36,685 nt of DNA from a virus (lineage: Duplodnaviria > Caudoviricetes): positions 1 to 36,685 of the IMG/VR virus record IMGVR_UViG_3300017700_000281. One strand, written 5' to 3'. Each line of letters starts with the position of its first letter. The stretch's first letter is position 1. Shown piece by piece: positions 26,842 through 34,317 of this stretch. The translations under genes were made by a program, and so were the position numbers. The notes under the pieces were generated by a model, which was given only the letters and a program-made list of their open reading frames with translations, was not told the DNA's origin and made no database searches.

Positions 26842-27080
26842 TTCGGGTCAATTCCTAATTCGGGACGGCCTAGAAATAGTATATAGTACGGTAGTATGGC
26901 CCCCCTCACATACCCGAACAATTCCGACCAATTCCAATTCCTAATTCCTCGAATTAACTTATCCTCTTGATATACTATTATACTATTATACTATTTTTAG
27001 AAGAAACTGCCAGGAAACACGGGAAAAACAGCAATTCTTTGCATAGTATGGGTTTACACTATTCCATACTAGACACGGCC
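26840..27080. repeat. AT-rich non-coding repeat region, putative replication origin
   Basis: Multiple AATTC(C/G) copies, TATACTAT x3 tandem (26971-26994), TAGTAT copies in the opposite orientation, TAGTATGG/CCATACTA dyad; downstream of the primase operon. Confidence 0.6.
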
Positions 27081-27159
27081 AACCTGACACGCTGAAGCTG
27101 ACAAGCGACCTAATTGCACCGAATTACAGCCCTTGTACAAAATAGTTGTACCGACCCTG

Positions 27160-27188
27160 TTGACATGCGTACGACATGCACGTATGTA
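27160..27188 (+). promoter_or_regulatory. Putative sigma70-type promoter of the early gene cluster
   Basis: TTGACA-N17-TATGTA, followed by leader CAGAGGAACAGACACA-ATG; GTACAA-N5-TTGTAC dyad just upstream (27135-27151). Confidence 0.6.
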
Positions 27189-27215
27189 ATGCGTACAGAC
27201 AGAGGAACAGACACA

Positions 27216-27494
27216 ATGAATATCGTTCTTAAGAACCTCAAGACCTTCAAGCGCATGACGCAAGAGACGCCTTGCTTTACCGCCGCGCTGTACGTTGACG
27301 GTCAGTGCATCGGTACGCTGTCGAATGACGGACACGGCGGCGCGAACAAGTTTACCGGCCCTTGGGCTTGGATTGACAAGCTTGACGCGTACCTTGCAGC
27401 GCACAACGCCCCGATTGAAATTGAAGGCATGTCGCTTGCGTTCAACCTCGAAATGTGGGCATTTGACCAAGCTTATACGAAAATGGGAATGTAA
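27216..27494 (+). CDS. Hypothetical phage protein
   Basis: 92 aa; strong SD AGAGGA; ETPCFTAALYVDG...NDGHGG motif. Confidence 0.75.
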   Translation: MNIVLKNLKTFKRMTQETPCFTAALYVDGQCIGTLSNDGHGGANKFTGPWAWIDKLDAYLAAHNAPIEIEGMSLAFNLEMWAFDQAYTKMGM

Positions 27495-28234
27495 TGCAGC
27501 GCCGTCTAGTTTTCTCATTCTTTGACGCAAGCGGGTACATGGTACGGCCTTGGGCTGAAGCCGGGTACGAATGCCACATTATAGACATGCAGAATGACGA
27601 CGCTTACACCGCATGGGGTGACAAGGGCGGGAGCATACACAAGCACGGCGGCGACCTGTCGCCCTGCTACTTCAGCTTTTGGCTAGACTTCGTACGCGAG
27701 ATTGCAGGCGACGACCCCGTTGACATGGTCTTTGGGTTCGGCCCGTGCGACGACCTAGCCGTATGCGGTGCAAAGCACTTCGCAGCCAAGCGAGCCCGCA
27801 ACCCTGCCTTTCAGGAACAGGCCCTTGCACTCTGGCGCGTACCGGGGCGCATTGCAGAGGCATTGAACGCCCCGCATATGAGCGAAAACCCGCGTTCGGT
27901 AATCTCGACCATGTACCGCCGCTTTGACTACCGCTTTGACCCTTGCGAGTACGGCGGGTACTTGCCCCAGGATGACACACACCCGGACTTCCCGCAGTAC
28001 ATAGCACCGCGCGACGCGTACACTAAAGATACTTGGCTTTGGACAGGCAACGGGTTCGTCATGCCTGACAAGCAGCGCGTTGAACCGCTCGTTATCAAGT
28101 ACGACAACGGCGTACAGGGCTCGCAACAATTCGCCAAGCTTGGCGGCAAGAGCGCCAAGACCAAGTACATACGCAGCGCAACAGCACGGGGCTTTGCGCG
28201 GGCGACATTCCTAGCGAATACAAAAATACTTTGA
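27494..28234 (+). CDS. Dcm-like (C5 cytosine methyltransferase-like) phage protein
   Basis: Degenerate motif I SFFDASG, AGYECHIID, catalytic GPC, ENP, and DAYTKDTWLW. Confidence 0.7.
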   Translation: MQRRLVFSFFDASGYMVRPWAEAGYECHIIDMQNDDAYTAWGDKGGSIHKHGGDLSPCYFSFWLDFVREIAGDDPVDMVFGFGPCDDLAVCGAKHFAAKRARNPAFQEQALALWRVPGRIAEALNAPHMSENPRSVISTMYRRFDYRFDPCEYGGYLPQDDTHPDFPQYIAPRDAYTKDTWLWTGNGFVMPDKQRVEPLVIKYDNGVQGSQQFAKLGGKSAKTKYIRSATARGFARATFLANTKIL

Positions 28235-28275
28235 CATAGGCGCTTGACCTGTCAGCCTGGCCGTGCTTTTATGAT
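28231..28275 (+). promoter_or_regulatory. Possible promoter
   Basis: TTGACA (28231) and TTGACC (28244) upstream of TATGAT (28270); spacing is non-canonical; leader CAGAGGAAGAC resembles the one at about 27200. Confidence 0.35.
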
Positions 28276-28300
28276 CGCACAAGCAGAGGAAGACAAGCAC

Positions 28301-28549
28301 ATGTCGTACATTGTCAAGATTTGGTCAAAGCCGGTTGAACATGGGTTCGTCAACGGCTTTACCGAATGGGCCAAGCCGACCGACAACAACATATTCGGCG
28401 TGACCCGTGAACCGGCCAACGCTACGCGGTACGTGTTCGCTGACGCGGAACACATTGCGCTTGACTACCAATTCCAACTAGGCGACGCTGTACACGTCAG
28501 CGTCAACGATCCCGAGACGCTTAAACAAGTTTGGCCGGTGAAGGAATAA
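28301..28549 (+). CDS. Hypothetical protein
   Basis: 82 aa from ATG with SD AGAGGA. Confidence 0.7.
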   Translation: MSYIVKIWSKPVEHGFVNGFTEWAKPTDNNIFGVTREPANATRYVFADAEHIALDYQFQLGDAVHVSVNDPETLKQVWPVKE

Positions 28550-28554
28550 CGGAC

Positions 28555-28788
28555 ATGCGCGAACAATCAATGTCAATCACACTTGAGCGCGAACGCCTTG
28601 ACGACGACAGCGACGACACGTCGTACGAACTTGAAGTGTTCTTTGAATGGCAAGAGGCAGAACCCGACGTTGGTATCTATGCCGGGGCCGAAGCCGTGTA
28701 CGCCATGTGCGACGGTGTCGCCTTTGAACTGACCGAAAGGGAAGTTGAATGGCTGACAGAGCAAGTGAACGCGAGGTATGACCGATGA
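28555..28788 (+). CDS. Small acidic hypothetical protein
   Basis: 77 aa, very D/E-rich; EPDVG motif; SD AAGGA. Confidence 0.65.
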   Translation: MREQSMSITLERERLDDDSDDTSYELEVFFEWQEAEPDVGIYAGAEAVYAMCDGVAFELTEREVEWLTEQVNARYDR

Positions 28789-28976
28789 ATACGCGCAAGA
28801 CAATCAACGGGAAGCGCCTGCAACTGGCGAACGCGATTAGCGCGGCTGTTGTCGGCTGTACTATCGAGGAAGCCCGGCAGACGGCGGAAGCGACGGCGAA
28901 CCGCATACTTGAACGTAACCCCGGCGGATACGTTGAGCATATGAACGCCGAAATAGACAAGTACAGGAACATGTGA
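28785..28976 (+). CDS. Hypothetical protein
   Basis: 63 aa; ATGA overlap; SD GAGG. Confidence 0.65.
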   Translation: MNTRKTINGKRLQLANAISAAVVGCTIEEARQTAEATANRILERNPGGYVEHMNAEIDKYRNM

Positions 28977-29212
28977 ACATGAAGTACGATTGCCAATACT
29001 ACCGCGAACACAAGCCCGGCCTAAACGGTTGGTCGGAAGGTTGGACGCTGTACAACATGCACGACACCGAAGCCGGGGCGCTGCTTGCGTGTGTGCAGAA
29101 CGCCCGCACGTTCCAGCGTAAGCAATGGCGCGTTGTTGACGGCGACGGTAACGTTGCCTGGATTTTGCATGGAAGCGAAGACCGCAACACGGTAGTCATT
29201 CAAAGGGGTTAG
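28973..29212 (+). CDS. Hypothetical protein
   Basis: 79 aa; GTGA overlap; SD AGGA. Confidence 0.65.
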   Translation: MNMKYDCQYYREHKPGLNGWSEGWTLYNMHDTEAGALLACVQNARTFQRKQWRVVDGDGNVAWILHGSEDRNTVVIQRG

Positions 29213-29214
29213 AC

Positions 29215-29406
29215 ATGTTCCGGGTTACGAGTGTCAGCCGCCAAAGCGGCGTACCGACAACAAAGCAATTCCGCAGCGAGAAAGCAGCGCGCGAAGTCTT
29301 TGACCATACCGTCAAGTGCAACGTCATGTTCGCATTGCTGGCGGAAGTCGGTAAGGACGAATACGGGTACGACGTTATCGTACGAGTGATTGAACGGGCG
29401 GTGTGA
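29215..29406 (+). CDS. Hypothetical protein
   Basis: 63 aa; SD AAGGGG; tight packing. Confidence 0.6.
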   Translation: MFRVTSVSRQSGVPTTKQFRSEKAAREVFDHTVKCNVMFALLAEVGKDEYGYDVIVRVIERAV

Positions 29407-29407
29407 C

Positions 29408-29617
29408 ATGTCAAAGGCGCGGATTGAATGGGGTTCAAGCGAGCCCCCGACGACATGCGAGTTGCAGGAAAGCGGCAACGCTACCAAGTACCGCACGGCG
29501 TACAACCTCAAGTTTGAACGCAAATGGCGGCGCATATACAAGTATGCGGGTACGGTCGCAATCGACCGCTTTTACGTCGTTATAGATCACGTCAAGTACG
29601 ACGTGTACTTTCTATGA
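29408..29617 (+). CDS. Hypothetical protein
   Basis: 69 aa; ATG 1 nt after the previous stop; T.Y...F..KWRRIY motif. Confidence 0.6.
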   Translation: MSKARIEWGSSEPPTTCELQESGNATKYRTAYNLKFERKWRRIYKYAGTVAIDRFYVVIDHVKYDVYFL

Positions 29618-29820
29618 CGGCCAGGCTTAAAGAATGTTGGTGTTATGCCTGTCAGAAGCCTTTGCACTCGCTAGGCGTCGCACGACATAGGGCCATGCAC
29701 CGGGACAAGCGCGAACGCGTTTGCATTCTTTACGCAGACGGTGCGACGCTTGAACATGACTTCAGCAGGAACAGAGACAATGACCGAAGCCGCAACGAAG
29801 GCCCTAGCCCGCCTGTCTGA
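29614..29820 (+). CDS. Small zinc-finger-like protein
   Basis: 68 aa; ATGA overlap; CYAC-x11-H-x3-H. Confidence 0.55.
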   Translation: MTARLKECWCYACQKPLHSLGVARHRAMHRDKRERVCILYADGATLEHDFSRNRDNDRSRNEGPSPPV

Positions 29821-30025
29821 CCTGTCCCGTAAGGCCGCGCCCTTGCGCTTGGCAATCGGAAGGTTTAAGGACAATGCAGTCAAGCACGGCGCACTTGACG
29901 CGCCCCTTGATTACATTGCAATACAGGACTTGCACGACCGCTTGCAGGATCACGTCAGCACGGCGCAACTGTTGCTGTACAACCTTCAAGCCCTGACGCG
30001 AGACAAACCGAGTGACAACAGCTAG
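29780..30025 (+). CDS. Hypothetical helical protein
   Basis: 81 aa; SD CAGGA. Confidence 0.6.
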   Translation: MTEAATKALARLSDLSRKAAPLRLAIGRFKDNAVKHGALDAPLDYIAIQDLHDRLQDHVSTAQLLLYNLQALTRDKPSDNS

Positions 30026-30036
30026 AACGGTCGCGT

Positions 30037-30441
30037 ATGACCATGACGCAGAAACAGCAGCCGCCCGACAGCGAGCCCTTGACTACGCCAGGCGACATGT
30101 CCCTTACCCGTATAAGCCGGGCGGAACTGTTGCGGGCGCTGAAGACAAACGACAAGCACATACTAAGAATACGCAAGCGGGCCGGGTCGCGTGCGAATGC
30201 GGGGTACGTCATAAGCCCGGCTCGCGAGCGCAAAAGGCGCACAAAAAGTATTACCCGGCCTTATGTCGTAAGCGCGCGGGTTGCTAAAGAGGCTGACATA
30301 ATCAACCGACACTTGGACGGTTGGCTTATGAAAGCGATTGTTGCGGAAGTGAACACGACATACAAGACAGCCGACAAGGTGTTACGCTCCGCAGGGTACG
30401 AACCGAATTACAGCAACGCACGACCGAACAAGGGGGCGTGA
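30037..30441 (+). CDS. Basic hypothetical protein, possible C-terminal HTH
   Basis: 134 aa; K/R-rich; GWLMKAIVAEVNTTYKTADKVL is HTH-like. Confidence 0.55.
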   Translation: MTMTQKQQPPDSEPLTTPGDMSLTRISRAELLRALKTNDKHILRIRKRAGSRANAGYVISPARERKRRTKSITRPYVVSARVAKEADIINRHLDGWLMKAIVAEVNTTYKTADKVLRSAGYEPNYSNARPNKGA

Positions 30442-30531
30442 ATGGGCGAACGTACATACTTCGTTCTTAGGGTTGCCGGGGTCATTCTCCCGCCGGTTGC
30501 ATTACTCGCCTTAGCGTTGTTCTACCTCTAG
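30442..30531 (+). CDS. 29-aa single-TM peptide (below ORF-track cutoff)
   Basis: MGERTYFVLRVAGVILPPVALLALALFYL*; SD AAGGGGG; ATG immediately after the previous TGA. Confidence 0.55.
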   Translation: MGERTYFVLRVAGVILPPVALLALALFYL

Positions 30532-30604
30532 GCGAGCCCGGTTGTGGGCAGTCGGTTTATGTGTTCTTCTGACCCTTCGTTAACTCAACAGGGGACTATC
30601 ACAC

Positions 30605-31258
30605 ATGACCGGCCTAACCTTTGACTACGTCGCTGAAGCGACGCTTACGCTGTCCAATCAGTTTCACACTGACAAGGTAAACCCTGGCGCGTTCGTTACG
30701 CGTATGCGGGCTGCGATCAGTGCAGGCGACGCGCTTGACGAGTGCAAGAAAAGCCTCTTTTACGGGCGCGACTTCAAGATACCGCCGCCGTCTGACGCCG
30801 AAGCCGATACAATCTGGCGCGAAATGCTGACCGCGCTGCACCCGGACCCCAAGACCGCCGAACACATTTTGCACGGCGTCATTGGACTTGCTACGGAAGC
30901 AAGCGAACTGCTTGAAGCCGTGTACAAGGCAATGACAAAGAACAGGGCGCTTGACCTTGTCAACGTCGTTGAGGAAGTCGGGGACGCCAAATGGTACATG
31001 GCTGTACTGGCGAAGGCGTGCGGCTTCGCATGGGGTGAAGACGAGGCAATCAACATTGCCAAGTTGCGCGCCAGGTTCCCGAACGCGTTTACGGAACACG
31101 ACGCCAACAACCGCAACCTTGCAACCGAACGTACGGTACTTGAAGGCGGACCAACCGACAGCGACCTTGCACGCGCTCGCCTGGCTGACAACCTCGGCAT
31201 TACCGAAGAACAGCGCGACAAAGCCGACCGGGGCCGTAAATACTTCAAGGGCGAATGA
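30605..31258 (+). CDS. mazG: MazG-like nucleotide pyrophosphohydrolase
   Basis: GLATEASELLE and EEVGDAKWY metal-binding motifs; NIAKLRARFP; SD AGGGG. Confidence 0.88.
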   Translation: MTGLTFDYVAEATLTLSNQFHTDKVNPGAFVTRMRAAISAGDALDECKKSLFYGRDFKIPPPSDAEADTIWREMLTALHPDPKTAEHILHGVIGLATEASELLEAVYKAMTKNRALDLVNVVEEVGDAKWYMAVLAKACGFAWGEDEAINIAKLRARFPNAFTEHDANNRNLATERTVLEGGPTDSDLARARLADNLGITEEQRDKADRGRKYFKGE

Positions 31259-31259
31259 T

Positions 31260-31460
31260 ATGACGAGAAAGGGACGGCGCTTCGTGCGCCCCAAACCGGG
31301 TAAGGGCGAGGCGGTCACATTCCCGCCGGAAGCCCTAGAAGACGCCAAACAAGCCTTTTACCGGCGTGTACAAAACGCCGAATATGTGCGACACGGCTTG
31401 CAATCCAACTGGCGACCTAAGCGGGTGAAGCATGGCGAGACAGGACAGACGCAGGGTTAG
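31260..31460 (+). CDS. Small basic hypothetical protein
   Basis: 66 aa; ATG 1 nt after the mazG stop; SD AAGGG. Confidence 0.5.
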   Translation: MTRKGRRFVRPKPGKGEAVTFPPEALEDAKQAFYRRVQNAEYVRHGLQSNWRPKRVKHGETGQTQG

Positions 31461-32220
31461 GCTTGTCGGCGGCGTAGCCCGCCAAGCGGCCATACCGGAA
31501 ACGCTCGCAATCCTGGCGCGCATGACTTCGCAGCCGACACAAGCGTTGGCTGACTTGCTTGACGATTGGGTACGGGCAGTACGCGACGGCGGCGTACTGT
31601 CCAAACTCGACGGCGCTTACTGGCATAACTTGCACGACGCACAAGCAGCGGGGCTTAATCTCGTTGCAGCCGGGGCCGTGACACTCGTTGGTACGGTCGG
31701 GCATGTGTACAAGCAGGGCTTTACCGGCGACGGTGTTGACGATTACATTGATTACAACCGCGACATTGGCGGGAGCCTTACCAACTTCAAGCAGAACACC
31801 GCTTGCTTGATTGGTATGGATCATACGAACAACACCGGCGGCGCGTCACTCGGCATTAGCGGAAGTGCTGACCTTAGACTGTTAGCGCGCAACGGGTCCG
31901 ACCTTGCAACGTGTCGTATCAACGGTACGGGCAACGTGTCGGGGCCATGCACTGACAGCCGGGGCGTTACTGCGGTCAACCGCAGCGCGGCGAGCGGAAC
32001 GGGCTGCGTTCAACTGTACAAGAATGGCGTACAGATTGGGACGGCCAACACGGCGAGCGTTGTACTGACAGGCAACCTGCTAGGCTTGCGTTCGCAGACT
32101 GCGTACAGCAATCGTACGAGCAAGTTTGCAGCGTTGGGCCGTAGTCTGACCGCAGCCGAACACCAATTGCTTGCGACGGCCTGCCTGGCGTTTGAAGCGG
32201 GCGTGAACGCACTACCATAA
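31432..32220 (+). CDS. Concanavalin/LamG-like protein, possibly virion-associated
   Basis: 262 aa; ARMTSQPT...KLDGAY...HDAQAA.LN, GFTGDGVDDYID, LYKNG and RSLTAAE motifs typical of phage LamG-like fibre proteins. Confidence 0.6.
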   Translation: MARQDRRRVRLVGGVARQAAIPETLAILARMTSQPTQALADLLDDWVRAVRDGGVLSKLDGAYWHNLHDAQAAGLNLVAAGAVTLVGTVGHVYKQGFTGDGVDDYIDYNRDIGGSLTNFKQNTACLIGMDHTNNTGGASLGISGSADLRLLARNGSDLATCRINGTGNVSGPCTDSRGVTAVNRSAASGTGCVQLYKNGVQIGTANTASVVLTGNLLGLRSQTAYSNRTSKFAALGRSLTAAEHQLLATACLAFEAGVNALP

Positions 32221-32274
32221 CGGCCCGCCTCTTGCGGCGCTACCATTCGGCGGGCCAAACAGGGGCGTATTCGT

Positions 32275-32532
32275 GTGACTGACGAAAAGCGTACGGCTAA
32301 AATACTTCCTTTCAGGCGTGTTATCGTTGTCCCCCGGCTCAACGACAAGCAAGACCGTATCAACGACTTGCTACGCGCCCTTGACCGTACACGCGTTGAA
32401 CTGGCGCACTACCGTACGCAATTCAACCGGGCTGACATTGCCGACCGTGAAAGACTGCGTAAGGCAATCGAGAACACCGAATTTAGCATTGACCAAATCA
32501 ACGAACGCATACAAGAGGAACAGCGTAAATGA
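32275..32532 (+). CDS. Hypothetical coiled-coil protein
   Basis: 85 aa; SD AGGGG; AKILPF N-terminus. Confidence 0.6.
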   Translation: MTDEKRTAKILPFRRVIVVPRLNDKQDRINDLLRALDRTRVELAHYRTQFNRADIADRERLRKAIENTEFSIDQINERIQEEQRK

Positions 32533-32657
32533 AGGGACACCGCTTTAACCTGCTACTGATTGCCTTGATCCTAGCAGGGCTGTACATTGTCGGCAGTACG
32601 CCAGTGTGCAACACGTCGTCAGCCAGGCCAGACAACACGCGCGAGTGCGGGCCGTGA
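32529..32657 (+). CDS. 42-aa membrane/exported peptide (below ORF-track cutoff)
   Basis: MKGHRFNLLLIALILAGLYIVGSTPVCNTSSARPDNTRECGP*; ATGA and GTGA overlaps on both sides; SD AGAGGA. Confidence 0.65.
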   Translation: MKGHRFNLLLIALILAGLYIVGSTPVCNTSSARPDNTRECGP

Positions 32658-33094
32658 CAGTCGGGTACGCAAGCCTGACCAAGTCAGGTACAGAATGGGG
32701 CGAACAGGCGGCGGTATTCTTTTGGCGTCATGCGGTTGTGGGCAGGTTGCCTATCGTCCGTTGGCTTCATGCCGTACACAATCAGGGACACGGCGACGCA
32801 GTACACGGCGCGCGAGACAAAGCGGCGGGTGTTACGGCTGGCGTGCATGACATGTTTTTGCCGGTGACATGCCCACAATACGCCGGGCTGTATATCGAAC
32901 TTAAGAAAGTCAAGGGCGGCAAGGGTATGTCGCCCGAACAAAAAGAGTTTGCCGCGTACTGCGATCAGCAACGGTACGCCTGGCGCGAAGCCAAGGGATA
33001 CCGGGAGGCTATCGCGGCCATACTCGATTACCTGAAAATCGCCGGTTACGTGTCCGACCCGGAACAATTCGCCCCGGAACGGGTTGCGCCGTAA
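32654..33094 (+). CDS. VRR-NUC domain nuclease (possible Holliday junction resolvase)
   Basis: E..EQ, HAVHNQG, GV.AGVHD, YIELK and SPEQKEF motifs; GTGA overlap. Confidence 0.85.
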   Translation: MTVGYASLTKSGTEWGEQAAVFFWRHAVVGRLPIVRWLHAVHNQGHGDAVHGARDKAAGVTAGVHDMFLPVTCPQYAGLYIELKKVKGGKGMSPEQKEFAAYCDQQRYAWREAKGYREAIAAILDYLKIAGYVSDPEQFAPERVAP

Positions 33095-33140
33095 TGGCAC
33101 AAGTGCTTAAAATGTCCCTGCACATTCGGGCGGGGACAAC

Positions 33141-33254
33141 ATGCCAGACGATCAGAACAAGGGTACGGGCTGCTTGCTTGCGCTCGCTGCGTCGCTTGGG
33201 ATTTGGCTGCTTATCGCAATGGCGTACAAATGGCTGACGGCAACTGCACCCTAA
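33141..33254 (+). CDS. 37-aa single-TM peptide (below ORF-track cutoff)
   Basis: MPDDQNKGTGCLLALAASLGIWLLIAMAYKWLTATAP*; SD GGGGA. Confidence 0.55.
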   Translation: MPDDQNKGTGCLLALAASLGIWLLIAMAYKWLTATAP

Positions 33255-33538
33255 CGCACGACGAAATACTTGACTTGCGGCTTGCCGCTACGCCTGACGG
33301 CCTTATTGTTACAGGCTCGCCAGGCAAGTACGTAATCATTGGGCGGGCTGACCCCCGGTACGTTGCCCTGTTGCGTGCAAGCGGTTCGCTGTACCAAACC
33401 CTTAACACGGTTCAACGGCTCTTGACGGCGTTCCTAGAGACAGCCGACTTGATACGGGAAGACCAACTTGCCGAACAGTTGCAGCGCATTACAGCAAGCG
33501 TTGACCTGGCGCTAAAATTCTCGCGTGACGAGGCTTGA
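33230..33538 (+). CDS. Hypothetical protein
   Basis: 102 aa from the ATG at 33230; start uncertain. Confidence 0.55.
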   Translation: MADGNCTLTHDEILDLRLAATPDGLIVTGSPGKYVIIGRADPRYVALLRASGSLYQTLNTVQRLLTAFLETADLIREDQLAEQLQRITASVDLALKFSRDEA

Positions 33539-33562
33539 CGCGTGGCATGACACTTGTATGCT
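33535..33562 (+). promoter_or_regulatory. Putative sigma70-type promoter
   Basis: TTGACG-N16-TATGCT upstream of 33614; overlapped by imperfect dyads. Confidence 0.55.
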
Positions 33563-33613
33563 ACTCAAATCGCAAACGAAGACGTGTCAACAACAGGAAA
33601 GGACACAACAGTT

Positions 33614-34216
33614 ATGGACGCGAAACAATCCGAACTTCTGACCAAGATTGCGAACGCCCCCGAAGGGTACGCAATGGTCAAAGCCAACGGCGCGGCGCTT
33701 AAGGCGCTTGTCGCTGACGGTTTCGTTGAAACCAACGAAGCCATGAAGAAAGGTCTTGACATTGCAGCCCGTGCAACGGATGCAGGCAGGGCCGCGCTCG
33801 GCAATACCGCCAACGCGCAACCGAAACAGGATACCCCCGCCATGACGACCGCTACCGCCCCCGCGCCAATCGGCTTCGCCGTTACCGGCTTTGAAGCGCC
33901 CCCGAAAGCCGCCCGCGCCGCTCGCACGCCGAAGGCGAACCCGCTGACCGCGCAACTGACGGCGCTGTCCATCGGCCAAGGTTGGTTCTTCCCGATTGTT
34001 ACGGGCGTCAAGCACCCGAACCGGGCGACCAAGCTTGCCATGCGCGCGGTCGAACGTACGAGCGCGTCGCGCTTCACGTCGGTTGTCGTGACCGGCGGCA
34101 AGGCGTACGGAAGCTTCACGCCGCCGACTGACGGCCTTGTCGTCACCCGCGCCGCTGACGCTGACGGCCCGGCGGCTGCGAAGCCCCGGAAGAAAAAAGC
34201 GGCCCCCGCCGCCTAA
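33614..34216 (+). CDS. Ala/Lys-rich probable DNA-binding protein
   Basis: 200 aa; SD AGGAAAGGA; winged-helix-like LVADGFVE...ATDAGRAAL; basic tail KPRKKK. Confidence 0.7.
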   Translation: MDAKQSELLTKIANAPEGYAMVKANGAALKALVADGFVETNEAMKKGLDIAARATDAGRAALGNTANAQPKQDTPAMTTATAPAPIGFAVTGFEAPPKAARAARTPKANPLTAQLTALSIGQGWFFPIVTGVKHPNRATKLAMRAVERTSASRFTSVVVTGGKAYGSFTPPTDGLVVTRAADADGPAAAKPRKKKAAPAA

Positions 34217-34270
34217 CGACCTAGCAGGGACAATCGGGAACCCCCCAACCCGCCCGACCCTTGCATGGGA

Positions 34271-34300
34271 GCCCCGCCAGTGTAATGCTGGCGGGGTTTT
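34271..34300 (+). terminator. Rho-independent terminator
   Basis: GCCCCGCCAGT-GTAAT-GCTGGCGGGGT followed by TTT. Confidence 0.8.
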
Positions 34301-34317
34301 CCGTTTGAGGGGTTCAC

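Noticed and set aside
26840-27080. Repeats as a mini CRISPR array
   Set aside because: Units are 5-8 bp with irregular spacing; there are no ~30-bp repeats with unique spacers.
30012-30287. Alternative overlapping ORF to 30037-30441
   Set aside because: Mostly nested in another frame; 30037-30441 packs better against the next gene. Not fully excluded.
30605-31258. MazG plus family A polymerase as a Z-genome (2-aminoadenine) or other base-substitution pathway
   Set aside because: No purZ, datZ, queuosine-pathway or thymidylate-modifying genes recognised in the window; MazG alone is common in this phage type.
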